DNA from: Escherichia phage SME50
Sequence record: MT887289.1
Direction: 5' to 3' (one strand)
Length of the DNA: 64,000 nucleotides
The notes beneath the pieces were generated by a model, which was not told the origin of the DNA, ran no database searches, and was given only the letters and a program-made list of their open reading frames with translations. Made by a program: the position numbers and the translations under genes. Of the stretch, positions 52,121 to 64,000 are shown one piece after another (within the stretch, counting starts at the first letter, position 1; every line of letters starts with the position of its first letter).

Positions 52121-53473
52121 ATGTGGAATCCAATTGTTAATGTAGATATTACATTGAACACCGCAGGAACTACAAGAGAAGGTTTTGGGCTACCACTATT
52201 TTTAGCTTCAACAGATAACTTTGAAGAAAGAGTCCGTGGTTACACTTCCTTAACTGAAGTTGCTGAAGATTTCGATGAAAACTCTGCTGCATATAAGGCT
52301 GCTAAACAACTTTGGAGTCAGACTCCTAAAGTAACCCAGCTTTATATTGGTAGACGTGCTATGCAGTACACTGTATCAATTCCTGACTCTGTTACTGAAA
52401 GTACCGATTATTCTTTAACTGTAGCTGTTAGAGGTGGAGTTTCTCAACCATTCCAGTACACTTCACAGTCAGAAGATACTGCTGAGAAGGTGTTACAGCA
52501 GCTTAAAACACAGATTGAAGCAGAACCTTCTGTAAAAGACCTTGTTACTGTCAATGTAACTGGTACTGGTGGTTCAGCAACAATGGTAATCACCAAAGCT
52601 GGTGACAACGACTTCGTGAAGGTTACTACTACAGCACAAACAGTGTCAATTGCAAGCACAACTGCTGACACAGCATCGACTGCTCTGGCAGCTATTGAAG
52701 CTTATTCGACTGACTGGTATTTCATTGCAGCAGAAGACAGAACTCAACAGTTTGTCTTAGCAATGGCTTCTGAGATTCAAGCTCGCAAGAAAATTTTCTT
52801 CACAGCTAACTCTGATGTATCAGCACTGCAAGGTACAGAATTAGCCAGTGCAAATGATGTTCCAGCACAACTTGCTAAGAATAAGTACACTCGTACAGTT
52901 TGCTTGTGGCATCACACAGCAGCAGAAGATTATCCAGAAATGGCATACATTGCTTATGGTGCTCCATATGATGCAGGTTCAATTGCTTGGGGTAACGCAC
53001 AGTTAACTGGTGTAGCTGCTTCTCTACAGCCATCTAATCAGAGACCTCTGACAAGTATTCAGAAGTCAGCTTTAGATGCACGTCACTGTAACTTTATTGA
53101 CCTTGATGGTGGTGTTCCAGTGGTTCGTAGAGGGATTACTTCTGGTGGGGAATGGATTGATATCATCCGTGGTGTTGACTGGTTAGAATCAGACCTGAAA
53201 ACTTCTCTGAGAGACTTGCTAATTAACCAGAAGGGTGGTAAGATTACTTATGATGATACTGGTATTACCCGTATTCGTCAAGTCATTGAAACCTCTCTGC
53301 AAAGAGCAGTCAACAGAAACTTCCTGTCATCTTACACAGTTAATGTTCCTAAAGCCTCTCAAGTTGCTTTAGCAGACAAGAAAGCTCGTATCCTGAAAGA
53401 TGTTACCTTCGCAGGCATCTTAGCAGGGGCTATCTTGGATGTTGACTTGAAAGGTACAGTGGCTTACGAATAA
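52121..53473 (+). CDS. tail sheath protein (putative)
   Basis: 450-aa ORF directly upstream of a tube-sized ORF; call is positional. Confidence 0.45.
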   Translation: MWNPIVNVDITLNTAGTTREGFGLPLFLASTDNFEERVRGYTSLTEVAEDFDENSAAYKAAKQLWSQTPKVTQLYIGRRAMQYTVSIPDSVTESTDYSLTVAVRGGVSQPFQYTSQSEDTAEKVLQQLKTQIEAEPSVKDLVTVNVTGTGGSATMVITKAGDNDFVKVTTTAQTVSIASTTADTASTALAAIEAYSTDWYFIAAEDRTQQFVLAMASEIQARKKIFFTANSDVSALQGTELASANDVPAQLAKNKYTRTVCLWHHTAAEDYPEMAYIAYGAPYDAGSIAWGNAQLTGVAASLQPSNQRPLTSIQKSALDARHCNFIDLDGGVPVVRRGITSGGEWIDIIRGVDWLESDLKTSLRDLLINQKGGKITYDDTGITRIRQVIETSLQRAVNRNFLSSYTVNVPKASQVALADKKARILKDVTFAGILAGAILDVDLKGTVAYE

Positions 53474-53488
53474 TAGAGGTAAATTGGA

Positions 53489-53935
53489 ATGGCTATGTAT
53501 CAGCAATATTCCCCTAAAGACGTTGTGTGTAGCTGGAATGGTATTGCCATTGAAGGCTTTGCCCCAGACTCATTCTTACGTCTACAGAGAACATCACCAC
53601 TTGTGACACCAGTTGTAGGTGCAGGTGGTCAAGTTGCTCTGACAAGAAATGCAGACAAGACAGGTACTATTGAGATTGAGCTAATGCAGACTTCTCTCTC
53701 TAATCAGATGCTTTCTGCAATTCAAGCTAAACAAGACAATATGGAACTTGAAGAAGATATCTCTTCTAACTTCGTAATCTACGACCCATCAGGCTCTGTT
53801 CTGGCAACTGGTATTAATGCTTGGTTGCAGGAACTACCACAGATTGAACTTGGTCGTGACCAGAACTCTAAAACTTGGATTTTTGGTTGTGAGAAGCTAG
53901 ACTACACTTCTACAATTCCAGCGTCAAGTGTTTAA
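53489..53935 (+). CDS. tail tube protein (putative)
   Basis: 148-aa ORF after the sheath candidate, followed by a terminator. Confidence 0.45.
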   Translation: MAMYQQYSPKDVVCSWNGIAIEGFAPDSFLRLQRTSPLVTPVVGAGGQVALTRNADKTGTIEIELMQTSLSNQMLSAIQAKQDNMELEEDISSNFVIYDPSGSVLATGINAWLQELPQIELGRDQNSKTWIFGCEKLDYTSTIPASSV

Positions 53936-53947
53936 TAAATCCTATAA

Positions 53948-53979
53948 GGGGGAGACTTTAAAAGGTCTTCCCCTTTTTT
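53948..53979 (+). terminator. rho-independent terminator after tube gene
   Basis: GGGGGAGAC-TTTAAAAG-GTCTTCCCC followed by TTTTTT. Confidence 0.6.
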
Positions 53980-54008
53980 GTTTCTTTTAAAAGTATTAAG
54001 GAATCACA

Positions 54009-54407
54009 ATGAAAACAGAAGCTAGAGTAATTAATGGTAAGAAAGTAAATATCGTTCTGCTTGGGGCAAGAGATGGTATTAAGATGTCTATGAAGTTGGG
54101 TAAAATTGTTGTTCCAACTTTTGCACAGATGCTGTCAAGTCTGACTGATAAAGATAAGAAAGAAGCTCCAATGGTTCCATTTAAAGAACTTGTTGAAGCT
54201 TGTTTTGACAGAATTGAAGAAATTAACCTTGAAGAAATGGCTACCCTGTTATTTCAAGGGGCAACTGTTGATGACTTCCCACTTAATATTGATACATACT
54301 TCCAAGCAAACTATGGTGAATTTATTGATTACTTAGCATTTGCGCTGGAGGCAAACTTCGGAAGTTTTTTCGAAGCAAGCATTTTCAAAAGCCTAACTTC
54401 TCAGTAA
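54009..54407 (+). CDS. tail assembly chaperone (putative)
   Basis: 132-aa ORF immediately upstream of the tape-measure gene. Confidence 0.4.
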   Translation: MKTEARVINGKKVNIVLLGARDGIKMSMKLGKIVVPTFAQMLSSLTDKDKKEAPMVPFKELVEACFDRIEEINLEEMATLLFQGATVDDFPLNIDTYFQANYGEFIDYLAFALEANFGSFFEASIFKSLTSQ

Positions 54408-54409
54408 AC

Positions 54410-54648
54410 ATGGGTAACACTCTACAGACACCACTAACTGATGCTGCTGTAGAGGCAACCTATGAAGAAGCAGACGAGATGAAATTTGTGCTTGCTATTT
54501 ATGGTATGGAAGGGTGTAAAGAAACACTTGACCAACTCTTTGCTATGACATTCTCTGATTTATTATCATTGAGACAATTTCTTGAAATTCAGAGGTCGTA
54601 TAAAGAGGAAATTGCTTACAACGAACTTAGAAGAGCAGGAAAAATGTA

Positions 54649-54649
<1 letters not shown>
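54410..54649 (+). CDS. tail assembly protein (putative)
   Basis: 79-aa ORF between chaperone and tape measure. Confidence 0.4.
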
Positions 54650-60033
<5,384 letters not shown>

Positions 60034-60034
<1 letters not shown>

Positions 60035-61503
60035 TGGCAGGACTAACTACAACAGGATTACAAACTCTAAGATATCAGGAGATTTTTGATAATATCAAAT
60101 CAAGACTTCTTAGAGATATTTCACCAAACCTTGACGTTTCTGAGGATAGTCAATTAGGACTCTTCCTAGCTTCAATTGCAAGGTCTTTAGCAGATACTCA
60201 TGAGATTCTATCAGAAGTCTATGACGGTGGAACAATTGACAAGGCCGAAGGTTTTAACCTTGATGATATTACAGCTTTAAATGCTGTATATAGATATGTT
60301 GCTCAGGCAACAAGAGGTCAGGTGGAGTTTACTGGAACGACTGGTGCTACCATTCCTTCAACAACAAGATTAAGAAGTACTGCCGGAAACATCTTTTATC
60401 CAGTTAACAACATTACCCTTACCCCGTCATATTGTGTTGAAGCTATCCTTGAAGTTAACTCTTTACGAACTGATGCAGATTATGTTATTATTATTGATAA
60501 CGTCATTTTCTCATATAAACCAACCTCATCAGACACAATCACCACACTTCTAACAAAATTAGCAGAAGCTATTAATGGTGGTATTGTAGCAAAAGCAGAA
60601 GTTATTAATGATGGAGCCGCATTAAGAGTCTATAAAGATGAGGGTGATATCATTGCAAGAACAAACCCTATGGTTGTTACTGCAACAACGTTCCTGACAT
60701 TTACAAAAATTACAACTATTTCAGATGTAGTAGCTGAAGAGGTGGGTGCTACCCCTGCTTTAGCTGGTACACTTATTGAGATTGAGACAACTGTTGATGG
60801 TCTTGATAGTATTTATAACAGGTATGACTTAACAACTGGTAGAAACGAAGAAACTGACACAGAACTGAGACAGAGATATTTAGAATCCTTAGCAGTTACT
60901 GGTGTAGGAACTTTGGATGCAATTGTAGCTGCTGTTAAAAGAGTTCAAGGTGTCTCGGATGCTTCAGGTGTTGAAAATGATACTGAAGAGACAAACTCAG
61001 AAGGTCTCCCACCAAAATCTTTTAAGATTGTTGTAGTTGGTGGTCAAAATGATAATGTCGCTCAGGCAATCTGGGATACAAAACCTGCTGGTATTAGGGC
61101 TTATGGCTCAATTTTTGGTACAGCTTATGATTTAGGTGGTTTGGCACATAATATCTATTTTAGCAGACCGACACCAAAATACGCATTTGTTAAGGTATCT
61201 TACTCATTATATGATGAAGAAAGCTTGACAATCCCCGAAGAGGATATCAGAGACAGTATTGTACAAGGTATTAATGCCTACGGAAGAACTCTTAAGGTTG
61301 GTAATGATGTTATCCCTAACAGAATCTATGGATATATCTATGACGTAATTAAAGGTATTGAGATTAATGAGGTTAAAGTAGCCTTATCAAACAGCCAATC
61401 AGTTCCACCTAGTGACGGGCAGTATACTACAGCAAGAATTACTGTTGACGGTGACCAATATACTGTTTGGGAAAGCAGCCAGTATACCATCACTAAGGAG
61501 TAA
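60034..61503 (+). CDS. baseplate J-like protein (putative)
   Basis: 489-aa ORF after the small wedge ORF. Confidence 0.4.
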
Positions 61504-61505
61504 TA

Positions 61506-62360
61506 ATGTTTGAAAAGATTGATAGTGTTTATTACAAAACACTTGATGAACGAACTGTAACACAGTTTAAAGATAAGTTTATCTACACAAGCATCTTGAA
61601 AGCAATCACTGATGAGTTACAAACACTAGAGGATGTTTGCTGGCAGATGCACACAGAGAGAAATATCAGGACATCAGTAGGTCAACAACTTGATAATATT
61701 GGCTCACTAATTAAAGTTCCTAGACCTCTAGGTGCTGATGATGAAACATATAGAGCTATGCTTTATATCCAAATCTTCCTAAGACGCTCTGACACTACTC
61801 CAACATTCTTGCAAAAAGCAATTATGACACTATATGGTGCAACTTTCTCTCAGATTTTTGAGCATATTACTCCTAAGACTGGTGGTATCGTTATCCGTAT
61901 TAACACCAGAAAAAACGTTCTTGATGCTGCATACACGCTATCAAAGATTTCTGCAACAACAACTGGTTCTGCTGTTATCTTAAGAGATGTTACTTTAAAG
62001 GGGACTGCTTGGACACCTGTAGAGGTTGCTGATTCAGCACTTGCTATTGTTGATGATAAAGAGAACTGGTTCGTAACTGATGCTAACAGGGGTCTTGTTA
62101 CAAATAACACTGGTGGCTCTCTGGAGTCCAACCTAGTAGGGAGTCTTGCAGATGCTGGTGTTATTGATGGTTACTTTAAGGTTGACAGAACAGCAAACTC
62201 ACAGAGTGATGATTACATGACTGTCGATAGGTCTAATAATAGCGGTTATTTTATTGTTGGTAAAGAAGCTGTTGCAGGTGGTGCATACGGAGTCATGGCT
62301 GAGGTTGCACAGATTGTCAAAGGCAGAAAAGATAAATCACAACAAGAAGGAAATTCTTAA
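61506..62360 (+). CDS. baseplate/tail fiber-associated protein (putative)
   Basis: 284-aa ORF. Confidence 0.4.
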   Translation: MFEKIDSVYYKTLDERTVTQFKDKFIYTSILKAITDELQTLEDVCWQMHTERNIRTSVGQQLDNIGSLIKVPRPLGADDETYRAMLYIQIFLRRSDTTPTFLQKAIMTLYGATFSQIFEHITPKTGGIVIRINTRKNVLDAAYTLSKISATTTGSAVILRDVTLKGTAWTPVEVADSALAIVDDKENWFVTDANRGLVTNNTGGSLESNLVGSLADAGVIDGYFKVDRTANSQSDDYMTVDRSNNSGYFIVGKEAVAGGAYGVMAEVAQIVKGRKDKSQQEGNS

Positions 62361-62662
62361 TGGCAGTTTTAAATTGGTCTACAAATGAAGTGGATACTGA
62401 TGGTAATCAGTTAAAAGTTTTACCACCACCGGAAATTCAAGAGACAGGTCTTTTAAAGGGTGAGCCTATGGGTAGACAGTGGTTCAACTATATTATCAAC
62501 TACCTGCTGAATAAAGTAAACGGCACTGTTGGTGAAGTTCGCTCATATGCAACTGAGCAACCAGATTTAGTGGCTAATGGCTGGAATCTAATTAAGTCTG
62601 AGACAGGGACTGCATCAACAAGCACAAGAAACCTTTACACATATGAATATGTAGGAGCTTAA
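62360..62662 (+). CDS. hypothetical protein (tail fiber region)
   Basis: 100-aa ORF. Confidence 0.4.
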   Translation: MAVLNWSTNEVDTDGNQLKVLPPPEIQETGLLKGEPMGRQWFNYIINYLLNKVNGTVGEVRSYATEQPDLVANGWNLIKSETGTASTSTRNLYTYEYVGA

Positions 62663-62664
62663 TA

Positions 62665-63840
62665 ATGGCAGTAGGTGAAATTCAAATTAGTGCCTTGCCA
62701 CAAGCGGCCTTACCAATTGATTTGAGTGATATCTTCCATCTTAAGCAAGGTGTTGAGGATAAAAGATGTACGCTTGAACAGTTGTTAGCACCTCACACAT
62801 CTTTGAGGAATAACCCTCATGGTGTAACTAAATCGCAAGTTGGTCTTGATAATGTTATTAACTCACTCCAATTGGTCGCAGCTAATAACTTGTCAGACAT
62901 TGTAGATGTTGCTGAGGCAAGAGCAAATCTACAGATTATGTCGTCAGATGAAGTGAATAACTTAATCCAGCAACATATCGACGACAAAAGTAACCCACAC
63001 AATACAACGAAAGCACAGGTAGGGTTAAGTAATGTTCAGAACTGGACAACATCCAACCTGTACAATGAAGATGCTGATAAATATGCTACCGCGAGAGCAG
63101 TGAATAATCTATACAAAGCTATCCAAGCATCATATCCAGTGGGGACTATTCATCTGTCTGTTAACTCTGCTAACCCATCCACTTACTTGCTTTGTGGAGG
63201 TACTTGGGAGTTGGTTTCTAAAGGTAGGGCGCTTGTTGGTTATGATACAGAAGCTAGACCTGTTGGTTCAACGTTCGGTTCTCAGACTGTAGCATTAACA
63301 AATAATAATTTACCAGCACACACCCACTCTATCTATTTAACAGGTGGTGGTCACACACACTCTGCAAGCGTATTTATCTCTAGTTTTGATTATGGTTCAA
63401 AAAGTACATCAACTTTTGATTACGGTACAAAAACGACTAATAGTGCTGGTGCTCACACTCACACGTTTAGCGGCACGACAAGTAATGATGGTAACCATAA
63501 CCATAGAGTACCACTGAGAGGTAATGATAGAAGTGGGGGGGATGCTATTACTGCATCTGCTTATGCTGGGGTTAATAATAATACGTATACTGATTTAGCA
63601 GGTGCTCACACCCATAGCTTCTCAGGCACAACTGCATCATCTGGTGCTCATAACCATACTGTTGCAATTGGTGCTCATAGCCACACTGTTAATATTGGTT
63701 CACACAGTCATACGGGCACTGTTACTGTTTCTAGCTCTGAGCATACACACTCAGGGACATCTGGTTCTGTTGGTGGTGGTCAAGCTTTCAGTGTTGAGCA
63801 GCCATCTTTTGTCGTATATGTATGGCAGAGAACAGCTTAA
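62665..63840 (+). CDS. tail fiber protein with His-rich HxH-repeat C-terminal tip (gp37-needle-like)
   Basis: C-terminal third has reiterated GAHTHSFSGTT / AHNHTV / AHSHTV / SHSHTG / EHTHSG motifs. Confidence 0.6.
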   Translation: MAVGEIQISALPQAALPIDLSDIFHLKQGVEDKRCTLEQLLAPHTSLRNNPHGVTKSQVGLDNVINSLQLVAANNLSDIVDVAEARANLQIMSSDEVNNLIQQHIDDKSNPHNTTKAQVGLSNVQNWTTSNLYNEDADKYATARAVNNLYKAIQASYPVGTIHLSVNSANPSTYLLCGGTWELVSKGRALVGYDTEARPVGSTFGSQTVALTNNNLPAHTHSIYLTGGGHTHSASVFISSFDYGSKSTSTFDYGTKTTNSAGAHTHTFSGTTSNDGNHNHRVPLRGNDRSGGDAITASAYAGVNNNTYTDLAGAHTHSFSGTTASSGAHNHTVAIGAHSHTVNIGSHSHTGTVTVSSSEHTHSGTSGSVGGGQAFSVEQPSFVVYVWQRTA

Positions 63841-63887
63841 TTTCTTTACAGGGGCTTTGTAGCCCCTTTTAAGAGGAAAATTTATAA

Positions 63888-64000
63888 TGGCAGATTACAA
63901 ATTGAGTCAATTAAACTCAATCGACACAATTCGTTCAGAAGACCTATTGCACATCAGAGTTAAGAAAAGACCTGAAATGTTGGGCGACGAAGACCGTAGA
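63888..64000 (+). CDS. 5' end of a further gene (truncated by window end)
   Basis: ATG at 63888 after a terminator-like hairpin GGGGCTTTGTAGCCCC; frame open to window end. Confidence 0.35.

Overview
This 64-kb window is a contiguous stretch of a virulent tailed dsDNA phage genome with myovirus-type structural genes. All calls rest on manual reading of the six-frame track and sequence motifs, with no database search; the overall organisation recalls Felix O1-like phages (suspected, not verified). Layout: (1) 1-18.3 kb, plus-strand metabolic/early genes: a glutaredoxin-like redoxin, nrdD interrupted by a sequence carrying an HNH endonuclease, nrdG, a Prs-like/NAMPT-like NAD+ pair split by another HNH gene, rIIA/rIIB, an overlapping spanin pair and a macro-domain protein. 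(2) 18.7-25.3 kb, sixteen small genes each behind a conserved promoter/leader cassette. (3) 25.4-26.9 kb, a 1.5-kb ORF-free repeat-dense region between convergent terminators. (4) 26.9-34.7 kb, minus-strand genes including a GH24 lysozyme and an Ig-like repeat protein. (5) 35.5-36.9 kb, a vWA-domain protein, followed by (6) 37.1-42.9 kb, an array of about 27 tRNA or tRNA-like genes interspersed with two HNH genes, a membrane-protein ORF and a family of conserved inverted-repeat elements, one enclosing a circularly permuted tRNA-like module. (7) 43.2-64 kb, the morphogenesis module from terminase through a His-rich tail fiber tip. The most interesting candidates are a Ro60-like protein with Y-RNA-like elements, a NARP1-like NAD+ reconstitution pair, and the repeat-dense non-coding region. 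tRNA coordinates and isotypes are hand-folded and need tRNAscan-SE/ARAGORN confirmation.
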